Source: Candidatus Wolfebacteria bacterium
Lineage (GTDB): Bacteria; Patescibacteriota; Minisyncoccia; UBA6257; UBA9933
Length of the DNA: 64,000 nt
NCBI GenBank assembly: GCA_024654025.1
Contig: JANLIR010000005.1
Location: 1,174 to 65,173, forward strand
Direction of reading: 5' to 3'
Below the pieces are notes generated by a model that worked only from the letters and a program-made list of their open reading frames with translations, ran no database searches and was not told where the DNA came from. The position numbers and the translations under genes are program-made. Positions 26,599 to 35,798 of this stretch are shown here, piece after piece. How positions within the stretch are numbered: the first letter of the stretch is position 1; every line of letters begins with the position of its first letter.

Positions 26599-27627
26599 AT
26601 GAATAAAAAAATTTTACTAAGCGTTAGCGCGATTGTTGCGATTGTGGCGGTTGCCGCCGTGGCAACAACAGCATACTTTTCCGATACGCAAACAGCGACC
26701 GGAAATACTTTTTCGGCTGGAACAATTGAAATGCAGGTTAATTGGGACAAAACAATTCCAATCCAACTGGCGGACATGAAGCCGAGCCAGGTTGGATATA
26801 CCAATTTTACGGTACTAAATGTTGGCAGCGATCCGATTAACGTAACCAAGGAAATAAACGTTACTAATCGGGAAACAGTTGACGTTAATCGGCCAGAATG
26901 TATTGCCGAAGGAGGACAATGGACTAATGGCGAATGTTCAAATAATACTTCGAAAAACGACATTGATTCTGTGCTCCAATACGATTTATCGGTAAAAGTT
27001 TACAACACAAGCAGTGTATTAGCATGGAATCAAACATTGCGCGACATGGACAAAACAGTGGCAGAGCTCCAAGGACAAAAAATGTTTCTTGGTATGATTC
27101 CATCTGGCTGGCATATGGATGTGGTTGAGAGCTATCACATGAAAAGCGAGGCCGGCAACGAATATCAAAGCGATAAAATAACTTTTAATATCGTTTTAAC
27201 GGGAGAACAACTAAAGGGTACGCTGGTTATGTCCAATAAAGACCCGAATCGTCCGGTTACAGACGGCTGGTTTGTTTTGGGAACCAAAACCGGAACATTA
27301 ACATACGGCGTAAAGGACTCAACATTTAATTATAGCTTTACAGGAACTGCTCCGTTGGCGAGTACAGGCTATTCCTTGGTTATGTATGAAGAGCCGTTTT
27401 CCACTCCCTCTGCTTCAGGTTGGCCGAGAACTGTTAAAATTCTTGGCGCGGGCACAACAGACGGAAGCGGAGACTTAACTCTTAACGGTAATCCTGATAC
27501 CGGCGATATGCTTAATGCCAAAATTTGGCTTGTAAAAACCTCTGACTTGGTTGGCAGCACATTGAGCGGTTGGACTCCGGCTGACTATCTGTTTGAGACA
27601 GGAATGATTGATTACTACAAGTCATAA
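26599..27627 (+). CDS. TasA/camelysin-like secreted protein with a SipW-cognate signal peptide
   Basis: N-terminus reads MNKKILLSVSAIVAIVAVAAVATTAYFSDTQTATGNTFSAGTIEM, matching the YFSDTE..GNTF.AG signature. Confidence 0.65.
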   Translation: MNKKILLSVSAIVAIVAVAAVATTAYFSDTQTATGNTFSAGTIEMQVNWDKTIPIQLADMKPSQVGYTNFTVLNVGSDPINVTKEINVTNRETVDVNRPECIAEGGQWTNGECSNNTSKNDIDSVLQYDLSVKVYNTSSVLAWNQTLRDMDKTVAELQGQKMFLGMIPSGWHMDVVESYHMKSEAGNEYQSDKITFNIVLTGEQLKGTLVMSNKDPNRPVTDGWFVLGTKTGTLTYGVKDSTFNYSFTGTAPLASTGYSLVMYEEPFSTPSASGWPRTVKILGAGTTDGSGDLTLNGNPDTGDMLNAKIWLVKTSDLVGSTLSGWTPADYLFETGMIDYYKS

Positions 27628-27785
27628 TGATGTTTGAAATCAAAGTTAGAATTTGATTTCTTTTTGGTTGCTTCATAGATCGCCAAGAAAATAAAAGGAA
27701 ATGAAGCAACCGATAAAAAAATCAAAACAAAGAAAAACTAAAGAAAAATAAAGGTCGGTGTAATAAATATAATTTCAATAACTCA

Positions 27786-28442
27786 ATGAAAAAATATATC
27801 GTTTTGGGAATAGTCTCTACTGTCGGGCTGGCGATTGCGACAATAGTTTTTGCCGGAAGTTTACAGCGTATTGATTTTGTAAATATCGGCAGTCCTTCGT
27901 CTGAAGCAAGCCATAATTTACAGGGCTGGGGAACCATTGAGCCGTTAACGAGCGGGGGAAATTGGGGACAAATTGGTTCGTCAGTAACCTGCGATTTGCC
28001 GGTTGGCGAAACATGCGACAAGGCGTTAAGAGTGACGTACGCGAAAGACGAACCCGACCATCCGCAAATAAACGGCAGAATGGCAAACGTTACGTTAAAT
28101 TCGCAAAACCGCTGGGGGCTTATAAAAGAATTGAAAATAAGAGCGCTGGACGGAATAGCCAATGACGATTTTATGGTCTTTATTAAAAACAAAAAAGGCC
28201 GTTTGGAATTGGTTTACACATATATTTCCGATCCCAGCACAGCTGAAATTTGGAAAGTCCACACAATCGCGCTTGACCATAAATATTGGTTCAATAAGGG
28301 GCCAATAGAAATAACTATTATGGCGACCGGCGACACATGGAACCAGCACAGCGCATACGGCCAGCTAGGAATCGATTGGATTGAATTGGCGGGGACAAAA
28401 GCTCCGTTTTCGCGCGACAAAAACAATAAGGACGCGGATTAA
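27786..28442 (+). CDS. hypothetical secreted protein (possible fibre accessory protein)
   Basis: Signal peptide with transmembrane anchor; lies between the tasA-like gene and sipW. Confidence 0.4.
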   Translation: MKKYIVLGIVSTVGLAIATIVFAGSLQRIDFVNIGSPSSEASHNLQGWGTIEPLTSGGNWGQIGSSVTCDLPVGETCDKALRVTYAKDEPDHPQINGRMANVTLNSQNRWGLIKELKIRALDGIANDDFMVFIKNKKGRLELVYTYISDPSTAEIWKVHTIALDHKYWFNKGPIEITIMATGDTWNQHSAYGQLGIDWIELAGTKAPFSRDKNNKDAD

Positions 28443-28451
28443 AAGCTGAAT

Positions 28452-28988
28452 ATGCGGTATATGAAAATTTTAAATATAATCTACTACGTTTTTTTAGTTT
28501 GCGCGGTCACGCTCATATTATTGCTTTTATTTTTTGTCCTTTCCGCAAACAGTAAAACGAAAATTTTAATTGTGCAGTCAGGCTCAATGGAACCGGCCAT
28601 AAAAACCGGAGGCATTGTTGTAATAAACCCGAATGACAATTATAAAGCAGGGGATATTATAACTTTCGGGAAAATCAGTAAAGTTGAAACTCCGACTACG
28701 CACCGCATCGTAAAAACAGAAATCAAAGATAATCAAATAATTTACATAACCAAAGGCGATGCCAATAACGGCACCGATTTAAGAGAAGTTAAAAAAAGCG
28801 ACATTGTGGGCAAAGTTATTTTCAGTTTGCCATACGCAGGATACGTAATTAATTTTTCTAAAAAACCGATTGTTTTCGTATTGTTATTATTAATACCAAC
28901 AGCGACAATTATTTACGAAGAAATTAAAAAAATAAGAAATGAAGTCGCCAAAAACAAAACAAAAACCAGCGAGGCAAAAGCGAATTAA
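28452..28988 (+). CDS. sipW: signal peptidase I, SipW type
   Basis: N-terminal transmembrane helix, catalytic SGSMEP motif, then a second conserved box around H in TTHRIV. Confidence 0.75.
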   Translation: MRYMKILNIIYYVFLVCAVTLILLLLFFVLSANSKTKILIVQSGSMEPAIKTGGIVVINPNDNYKAGDIITFGKISKVETPTTHRIVKTEIKDNQIIYITKGDANNGTDLREVKKSDIVGKVIFSLPYAGYVINFSKKPIVFVLLLLIPTATIIYEEIKKIRNEVAKNKTKTSEAKAN

Positions 28989-30174
28989 ATCAATTAAACC
29001 AGGTAAATCTAGATTATCGCCTCGCAAAAAGAAAGCGGAAAGCCCTGTTAAAATTCGGCAATTTTTAGTTAGCAGGAATAATTCAAAAGTTTTAGTTTTG
29101 GATATTTTAAAATCAAAGCCCGTGGCGCTGGTATTGCCGAAAGAAGAGAAAAGCCAATACATCGTACCAAATTATTCTCACGGACTTAGAAACTTTTTCT
29201 TTAAAACAACGCCGGCTGTTTTAATGGTTTTTTTACTTTCTATAAACTTTGCCGGGGCCAAAAGAACCTTCGCGGTCTTTAATGATTCCGACAGTTTATT
29301 GGCAAATAGCCTTGCAGCGGGGACATTGGAGTTTTCAGTGAATTCAGGCGGAGAACTTTTATTCGATTTAAAACCCGGAGAATCGCAAAAAAAAGATATT
29401 ATAATTACCAACAACGGGACTTTAAATTTTCAATATAATGTTGTCGTGGAAAATGTTTCCGACAACGGCAATTTGTGCGACAAGATTCAATCCTCGGTTG
29501 ATTTAAACGGTTCGCCGGTTTATTCGGGAAGTTTGATGAATTTTACGTCGGGCGATATTGTTTTTACCCCAAACGAACAGCGATGGACATTTAATGTTTC
29601 TTTGCCTTCGGAATCGGATAATTTGGAAAATAAAACTTGCCAATTCAAATTCGTATTTAACGGCCGGCAGGATAATTTACCGTCCGGTTTTGGCTTCAGC
29701 GATACTCAAAACATCCAAAGCAATTTTCAGGCGAATTATTGCGACCATTCGAACGGCAACGATCACAATCCTCATTATAAACATAAGGGCGACGAAGATG
29801 ATAACGATGAAAAAAATGAAGGGGATTGCGAACACCACAACAACCATAATGGAGGGGGAGGACATAAAGAAGATGGAGATGAAAACGAAGAAAATAATAA
29901 ACATGATTCGGAAAACACCGGAGAAAATTTAATATTAAGTTCTACTATTACACAACAAGAAGAGGCGTCCAGCACGACAGAAAAACAGGCTGAACCAGAA
30001 CAATCATCCATACCTAACGAGCCCACTTCTTCAACCGAAGAAACTAAAACTCCGCCAACAGATAATCAACCGCCAACAGAAACCGCAGAACAACCGCCGC
30101 AACCGCCCTTAGAAACTTTTGGGACTTCGGAAACGCCAACAGACACCCCGGTTGATAACACTGCGGGCGTATAA
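28939..30174 (+). CDS. TasA-like secreted protein with a His/Asp/Gly-rich region and a Pro/Thr-rich tail (start uncertain)
   Basis: Signal-anchor followed by AVFNDSDSLLANSLAAGTLEF, which is a SipW-cognate-like segment. C-terminal HNNHNGGGGHKEDGDENEENNKH and PTETAEQPPQPP low-complexity stretches. The annotated 5' end overlaps sipW. Confidence 0.5.
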   Translation: MKSPKTKQKPARQKRIKSIKPGKSRLSPRKKKAESPVKIRQFLVSRNNSKVLVLDILKSKPVALVLPKEEKSQYIVPNYSHGLRNFFFKTTPAVLMVFLLSINFAGAKRTFAVFNDSDSLLANSLAAGTLEFSVNSGGELLFDLKPGESQKKDIIITNNGTLNFQYNVVVENVSDNGNLCDKIQSSVDLNGSPVYSGSLMNFTSGDIVFTPNEQRWTFNVSLPSESDNLENKTCQFKFVFNGRQDNLPSGFGFSDTQNIQSNFQANYCDHSNGNDHNPHYKHKGDEDDNDEKNEGDCEHHNNHNGGGGHKEDGDENEENNKHDSENTGENLILSSTITQQEEASSTTEKQAEPEQSSIPNEPTSSTEETKTPPTDNQPPTETAEQPPQPPLETFGTSETPTDTPVDNTAGV

Positions 30175-30190
30175 TTTATTTTGTACAAAA

Positions 30191-30215
30191 AAAGGGCGTT
30201 TAGCGCCCCGTCTCT
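30191..30215. terminator. bidirectional intrinsic terminator (fmt on minus, tasA-like on plus)
   Basis: An A7 run, the hairpin GGGCG-TTTA-GCGCCC, and U-runs on the minus strand. Confidence 0.5.
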
Positions 30216-30229
30216 TCCGTGGCGATTTG

Positions 30230-31114
30230 TCAAGCTTTTATCACAAATGGCGTTTTTCCTTCCACCTGAACCTTAGTGAGTATCAATAACCCAGTAGGGG
30301 ACAAACGCCCCTCCAAGAGCTTTATACGCTTATTATCGGGTATTCTAAGGGGTGCTTTAAGGCCCAATGTCCAAACCCCGGGATCAGGGTTTAAAGCTCT
30401 AATTTTACGCTCTATTTCAACGGCATTAGACCCTCCTTTTGCCTGCGCTTCCTCCAAATCCTCAGGCTTTACAAAACCGTCTTCCGTAGTAAATTTTTTA
30501 GTAAAAGTCGCTTCATCGTGATTTTGCTCTTGAGGCTTTATTTCGCCATTTATAAATTTTGGCAAAACTTCAACCAATAAATCTCCGCTCATTTCCGCTA
30601 ATTTTTTTGACAAAGTTTCGTAATTATCACTACTGACTATTGGCAAATCTCTAGCGGCTAATATTGGCCCATGATCCACCTTTTCATCTATTAAAAATAA
30701 AGTCGTGCCGGTTTCTTTTTCTCCATTTAAAATAACGCTTTGAATAGGCGTTGCGCCGCGGTATTTGGGGAGAAGCGACGGATGAACTCCAATAACTCCA
30801 AGTTTTGGAATGTCTATGATTTCCTTGGGAATTATTTTTGAATAAGCGGCAACAACGAAAAAATCGTATTTAGTATTAAGTAGTAAGTATTTAGCCTCTG
30901 ATAAATTTTCCGGTTGAAAAATCCCTATCTTACCCTTAATACTTTCTACTTGTTGCATAATACTCGCCTTTACCGGAGGAGAAGTTAGAACCTTTTTCCT
31001 GCCAACAGGCTTGTCTGGATTGCAAACAACCGCAGCCGGAATAAATCCGGAAATTATCAGCTTATTTAAAATTATCTCAGCAAACTTAGGCGAACCGAAA
31101 AATATGTATTTCAT
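30230..31114 (-). CDS. fmt: methionyl-tRNA formyltransferase
   Basis: IIFFGSP at the N-terminus; the HPSLLPKYRGATPIQ formyltransferase motif. Confidence 0.9.
   Translation of the reverse strand: MKYIFFGSPKFAEIILNKLIISGFIPAAVVCNPDKPVGRKKVLTSPPVKASIMQQVESIKGKIGIFQPENLSEAKYLLLNTKYDFFVVAAYSKIIPKEIIDIPKLGVIGVHPSLLPKYRGATPIQSVILNGEKETGTTLFLIDEKVDHGPILAARDLPIVSSDNYETLSKKLAEMSGDLLVEVLPKFINGEIKPQEQNHDEATFTKKFTTEDGFVKPEDLEEAQAKGGSNAVEIERKIRALNPDPGVWTLGLKAPLRIPDNKRIKLLEGRLSPTGLLILTKVQVEGKTPFVIKA
30868..30895 (-). repeat. degenerate heptad repeat (AATACTT ACTACTT AATACTA, in sense orientation) inside fmt
   Basis: Direct reading; encodes KYLLLNTKY. Confidence 0.6.
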
Positions 31115-31310
31115 GTTGATAACTAAAAGTTGACCTTAAGCTTAATATGTTTATAATTATACTATATGCCCAGTATTACAACTTCGACAAATTCTCTATA
31201 AAAATTTTTGAGGATTTTAGAAGAAACAATACTGCGCAAAAAGTAAAAAACATTAATTAATTGTCAACTTCGAGAATTAACACAAAAATAATCGAAGTTG
31301 TAATACTGGG

Positions 31311-31736
31311 ATGAAATTTTTTATCGCATCGCCTTGGAAAAATAAAGAGCAAGTAGAAAAATTGACGGAAGAATTAAAAACCAAAGGGCATGACGTCTAC
31401 TCTTTTTTGGAAAGCGGAGAAAATCTTTTAACCGGCCACCCAATAGAAGAAGAAATGAAAGTCTATTGGGAAGCGCTTTCCAACTGGCAGAACGACAAAC
31501 GGATTTCCCAAATTTTTGAATCTGAAATAAACGGCCTAAAAGCCTGCGACGCTTTAATACTGCTCTTACCGGCAGGGGACTCGTCTCACGTTGAAGCCGG
31601 CATAGCGTATGGGCTCGGTAAAAAATTGTTTTTAATAGGAGCGATAAACAAGCCCGAAGTTGTGTATTTGATGTTTAATAAAATCTATATGGACATCACT
31701 TCTTTTCTCTCGGATCTGCCTAATATTTTCTCTTAA
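31311..31736 (+). CDS. nucleoside 2-deoxyribosyltransferase-like protein (paralogue of 23317..23712)
   Basis: FIASPW...ACDALILLLPAGDSSHVEAGIAYGLGKKLFLI. Confidence 0.5.
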   Translation: MKFFIASPWKNKEQVEKLTEELKTKGHDVYSFLESGENLLTGHPIEEEMKVYWEALSNWQNDKRISQIFESEINGLKACDALILLLPAGDSSHVEAGIAYGLGKKLFLIGAINKPEVVYLMFNKIYMDITSFLSDLPNIFS

Positions 31737-32242
31737 ATTCTAGCCTTTTCGTTGTCTCTAAATTTACGCAAATTTTTTGCTTTATCGATAAATAAAATTC
31801 CGTTTAAATGGTCTGCTTCGTGCTGAAAAACGCGGGCCAAAAGCCCCCTAGCTTCGATTTTTATATGTTTGCCGTTTTTATCCTGGCCAGACATAACAAC
31901 CTTTTCAAAACGTTCAACTTCGCCGAATATTTCCGGCACGCTTAAACATCCTTCTTCTAAAATTTCTTTTTCCTTCAAAGCCTTTTCAATTTTTGGATTA
32001 AAAACGTAAAAAAATTTCGTTATCCCGTTTTTATCGGAAAACCCTGCCACAAACATTTTAAAATCATAACCAATTTGATTAGCGCTAAGGCCAATGCCTT
32101 TGGCCTTTAACATTTCACTTCTCATCTCTTGGCATAAATCCCGAATTTCTTTTTTGGAAAATTTTTCAAAATCAAAATCACGCGTTTTCTTGCGTAAAAA
32201 CTTTTCTTCATTCTTATCCGCGATTGTAAAAATTTTTCTCAT
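31733..32242 (-). CDS. def: peptide deformylase
   Basis: GIGLSANQIG, EGCLSVP and HEADHLNG motifs. Confidence 0.9.
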   Translation of the reverse strand: MRKIFTIADKNEEKFLRKKTRDFDFEKFSKKEIRDLCQEMRSEMLKAKGIGLSANQIGYDFKMFVAGFSDKNGITKFFYVFNPKIEKALKEKEILEEGCLSVPEIFGEVERFEKVVMSGQDKNGKHIKIEARGLLARVFQHEADHLNGILFIDKAKNLRKFRDNEKARI

Positions 32243-32268
32243 AAAAGTCGGGGCCTAATGGCTAGTGG

Positions 32269-32520
32269 CTATTTTTTTAATGTTTTCAACATACTCATAA
32301 AATACGCTCCTTTTTTTGCGATTTTTTTATTCTGCGAAATAGTTTTTGCCAGAGCCCTTAACTGCTGTTCATTGTTCTCTTTGGCAAGTTTTATATAAAG
32401 CGATTTGTGGGGCAAGTCGCCTAAAATTTCGGCGATTTCCAAGCCCGTTGCCTGAAATTTCTTATAAACCCGCGCTTTTTGCGTCCTTTCTTTTATTTTA
32501 CTTAAATAATCCTTATCCAT
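32269..32520 (-). CDS. hypothetical protein
   Basis: ORF only. Confidence 0.3.
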   Translation of the reverse strand: MDKDYLSKIKERTQKARVYKKFQATGLEIAEILGDLPHKSLYIKLAKENNEQQLRALAKTISQNKKIAKKGAYFMSMLKTLKK

Positions 32521-32586
32521 TTCTTTTTCAAGATTATAGCATGAAAATTGCTTAAAAATCTCATAAATATGCTATAATATCTTCAC

Positions 32587-33153
32587 ATGATATACGAAAC
32601 AAAAAATTACGAAAATTTAATAGGGTTGCCTGGCTTTAGCGAGCCTCTTTTAAAAAACCACTTTGCTCTTTATCAGGGCTATGTTAACAACACAAATAAA
32701 TTAATAGACATGTTAACCGAATTCGCGAAAGACGGCGTTGGCCATTCAGAACTAAAACGACGATTCGGCTGGGAATGGAATGGTATGAAACTTCACGAAT
32801 ATTATTTTGAGAATCTTTCGAAAGAAAAAATCCAGTTAGACACCAACTCTGATTTATATAAAAAAATAGTTGAGAGCTTCGGTTCATACGAAAATTGGGA
32901 AAAAGATTTCAAAGCGGTCGGCGCTTTACGGGGAATTGGCTGGGTAATTTTGTATTACGATCCAATCGGCAAAAAACTTTTCAATACTTGGATCAACGAA
33001 CATGACGGAGGACATTTATCAGGCGCCAAACCGATTTTAGTGATGGACGTTTTTGAACACGCGTTTATGATTGACTACGGCATAAAAAAAACGGATTATA
33101 TCGAAGCCTTCTTTAAAGTTATAAACTGGAATATCGTAAACGGCAGATTTTAA
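32587..33153 (+). CDS. Fe/Mn superoxide dismutase-family protein (divergent N-terminal His box)
   Basis: QGYVNNTNKL aligns with the SOD N-domain segment QTYVNNLN. GWVILYYDP and DVFEHAFMIDYG align with the C-domain D-x-W-E-H-A-Y-Y box. Confidence 0.55.
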   Translation: MIYETKNYENLIGLPGFSEPLLKNHFALYQGYVNNTNKLIDMLTEFAKDGVGHSELKRRFGWEWNGMKLHEYYFENLSKEKIQLDTNSDLYKKIVESFGSYENWEKDFKAVGALRGIGWVILYYDPIGKKLFNTWINEHDGGHLSGAKPILVMDVFEHAFMIDYGIKKTDYIEAFFKVINWNIVNGRF

Positions 33154-33169
33154 CAAAACGCGCACTAAG

Positions 33170-33634
33170 ATGATAATAACGCCCCATCTTTTAGTCGGAG
33201 CGGCGATTGGCTCAAGAATTCATAATTGGTGGGCTGTGGCAATATTGTCTTTCGCCAGCCACTATTTGCTCGATGCCATTCCTCATCCGGCATACCAGCT
33301 AAATTTTTTAAAAACCAAAACTTTTGGGAAAAAAACTGTCGCCGACATATTAAAATTAGGCGCGGATTTTTGTTTGGGGTTTTTATTTGTTTTCCTGGTT
33401 GCCGAAAAAACCGCCAGCTTTCCTTATGTGGCATTTGGAATGTTTATGGCGATTCTTCCGGATTTTCTGCAAGTACTCTATCGATTTTACAAGAATCGCT
33501 TTTTAGAACCTTTTCAAATTATCCATGATTATTTTCATTTCGATAAGACCAAAAAATTCGCCTGGCAAAGCGCGGTTACGATATTTACCATATTTGTCGC
33601 AATCACTTCAATTATTAGCATTTTAATAAAATAA
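33170..33634 (+). CDS. hypothetical membrane protein
   Basis: ORF with four predicted transmembrane segments. Confidence 0.35.
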   Translation: MIITPHLLVGAAIGSRIHNWWAVAILSFASHYLLDAIPHPAYQLNFLKTKTFGKKTVADILKLGADFCLGFLFVFLVAEKTASFPYVAFGMFMAILPDFLQVLYRFYKNRFLEPFQIIHDYFHFDKTKKFAWQSAVTIFTIFVAITSIISILIK

Positions 33635-33639
33635 ACATC

Positions 33640-34896
33640 ATGATAAAAAAAATACAAAAAATATTTAAAAGTAAAACTTTTCTATCAGCCGTCTCGATAT
33701 TAATAGTCTTTATTTTAATCGGCGGAGCTTTTTATCTCGGTTATTACGAAGGCGTTAAAAATCCGAAAGAAACAATAATAAGAGGCGTCGAAAATCCGCA
33801 AAGTAACGAAAAAAATATCGACTTTAATTTATTTTGGGACGCTTGGCAAATCGTAAAAAATAAATATATAGAAGGAGATAAAATAACAAATCAGCAACTG
33901 CTTTACGGCGCTATTTCCGGACTTTTAAACGCGACCGACGATCCTTATAGTAATTTCTTTTCACCAGCGGATGCCAAAAAATTCTCGCAGGAAATAAGCG
34001 GCCAATTCGGAGGCATTGGCGCGGAATTGGGCATAAAAAACGAGCAGTTGATAATAGTGTCTCCACTCAAAGACACTCCAGCCGACAAAGCGGGAATTCG
34101 AGCCGGAGATGAAATATTAAAAATCAACGACACCATAACCGTTGGATTTACAACCGAAGACGCCGTGAAATTAATAAGAGGGGAGCCCAAAACAAAGGTT
34201 ACTTTGACGATTTTTAGAAACGGCTGGGAGCAACCTAAGGATTTTGTGATAACCCGCGATATTATTCAAATACCTACTTTGGAGTCAAAAGAAATTGAAT
34301 TAAAGCCCGGCTCTCGAGAAAAAATACTCTATTTGCGCTTATACAATTTTAACGAAAACGCGCCGTATCTTTTTTACCAAGAAGCCGTCAAGGCGATGTT
34401 TTATGACAACAAAGGCATTGTATTTGATTTAAGAAATAACCCCGGCGGCTATTTGGAAGTCGCGAACGCGCTGGCCGGATGGTTTTTGGATAAAAACGCG
34501 GTGGTTGTTAAAGAAAAATTCAGAAGCGGCGAAATTCAGGAAACTAAAGCCAACGGCTCTGAACTTTTCAAAAACATTCCGATTGTTGTTTTAATAAACC
34601 AGGGGTCCGCTTCCGCCGCGGAAATTTTAGCAGGAGCGCTAAGAGACAACCGAGCAGTAAAGCTAGTCGGAAAGAAAAGCTTCGGAAAAGGAAGCGTACA
34701 AGAGATAGAAACTTTAAAAGACGGTTCAATGATAAAAATAACTTTCGCGCACTGGCTGACGCCCAACGGGACAGTTATCGAGAAAAATGGCCTTAAGCCG
34801 GATTACGAAGTTGATTTAACCGATGACGATATTAAAGCCGGACGCGACCCTCAGCTTGATAAAGCAATGGAGGCACTAAAGTCGGAAATAAAATAA
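33640..34896 (+). CDS. ctpA: carboxyl-terminal processing protease (S41)
   Basis: PDZ domain (GIRAGDEILKIND) and S41 motifs NPGGYLE and LINQGSASAAEI. Confidence 0.85.
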   Translation: MIKKIQKIFKSKTFLSAVSILIVFILIGGAFYLGYYEGVKNPKETIIRGVENPQSNEKNIDFNLFWDAWQIVKNKYIEGDKITNQQLLYGAISGLLNATDDPYSNFFSPADAKKFSQEISGQFGGIGAELGIKNEQLIIVSPLKDTPADKAGIRAGDEILKINDTITVGFTTEDAVKLIRGEPKTKVTLTIFRNGWEQPKDFVITRDIIQIPTLESKEIELKPGSREKILYLRLYNFNENAPYLFYQEAVKAMFYDNKGIVFDLRNNPGGYLEVANALAGWFLDKNAVVVKEKFRSGEIQETKANGSELFKNIPIVVLINQGSASAAEILAGALRDNRAVKLVGKKSFGKGSVQEIETLKDGSMIKITFAHWLTPNGTVIEKNGLKPDYEVDLTDDDIKAGRDPQLDKAMEALKSEIK

Positions 34897-34922
34897 CCAA
34901 TCAAAGCCACAACTAAAGCCTC

Positions 34923-35387
34923 ATGAAAGTCATACTTTTGCAGAACATAAAAGGGCTTGGGGAAAAATACGACATAAAAGATGTTTCAGACGGCTACGGA
35001 AGAAATTTTTTGATTCCGAAAAATCTAGCCAAGTTCGCCGGCCCGCGCGATATTGAAGAAATAAAAAAATTAAAAGCCGGTCAAGAGTTAGAAAAGGAAA
35101 AAACAATAAGCGAGTTAAAAAACCTTGCTACAAAATTAAACGGCGCCGAGATCGAATTCTATCCCAAACTCGGAAAAAACCATGAAGTTTACGGTTCAAT
35201 TACAAAAGAAAACATTAAAACCTCCATTTTTGAAAAATTTATTTCTGATAAAAACGAAAAAATCCTCAACGATATTGAAATAGAATTAAAAAAACCGATA
35301 AGAGTTATCGGTTCTCACCAGATTGAAATCAATTTAGGATTCGGGATAAAAACGAAAATCAGCGTGCGCGTTTCTGAAAATCATTAA
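34923..35387 (+). CDS. rplI: 50S ribosomal protein L9
   Basis: [32 protein letters not shown]. Confidence 0.85.
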   Translation: MKVILLQNIKGLGEKYDIKDVSDGYGRNFLIPKNLAKFAGPRDIEEIKKLKAGQELEKEKTISELKNLATKLNGAEIEFYPKLGKNHEVYGSITKENIKTSIFEKFISDKNEKILNDIEIELKKPIRVIGSHQIEINLGFGIKTKISVRVSENH

Positions 35388-35665
35388 AGGCTGGACAAAA
35401 CCGAAACCTCCTTGGCAAATCGGAGGCTGCCGTCGAAATTAGTTTTCTTTTTGGTTTTAAAATTGACAACGCCGGCTTTCATCGCGTAAAGAGAGTCGTC
35501 GCCGGCCCGGACAACATTTGTGCCGGCCGAGTACTTTGTTCCTCTTTGGCGGATTAAAATTTCGCCGACTTTAACTTTTTCGCCGTGCTGCCGTTTAACG
35601 CCCAGTCGCTGTGATCGGGAATCTCTGCCTAATTTTGTAGAACCACCTGATTTAGTATGTGCCAT
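35384..35665 (-). CDS. rpmA: 50S ribosomal protein L27
   Basis: [24 protein letters not shown]. Confidence 0.9.
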   Translation of the reverse strand: MAHTKSGGSTKLGRDSRSQRLGVKRQHGEKVKVGEILIRQRGTKYSAGTNVVRAGDDSLYAMKAGVVNFKTKKKTNFDGSLRFAKEVSVLSSL

Positions 35666-35798
35666 ATTTGTCTAAATTTTACTTAAAAATTTAGCCACAA
35701 ATTATGAGCAATCCGCCGAAGCCGTGGCGAAGGCGGACACCATAATAAATGGCTAGTTTATTTTGAATACGATAAAGTATATATTATAATTCATTAAT

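Noticed and set aside
26231-26963. Two minus-strand ORFs (77 aa and 148 aa) upstream of and inside the tasA-like gene
   Set aside because: One overlaps the tasA-like gene antisense. The other covers the DnaA-box and AT-rich spacer. Both are low complexity with no ribosome-binding site.
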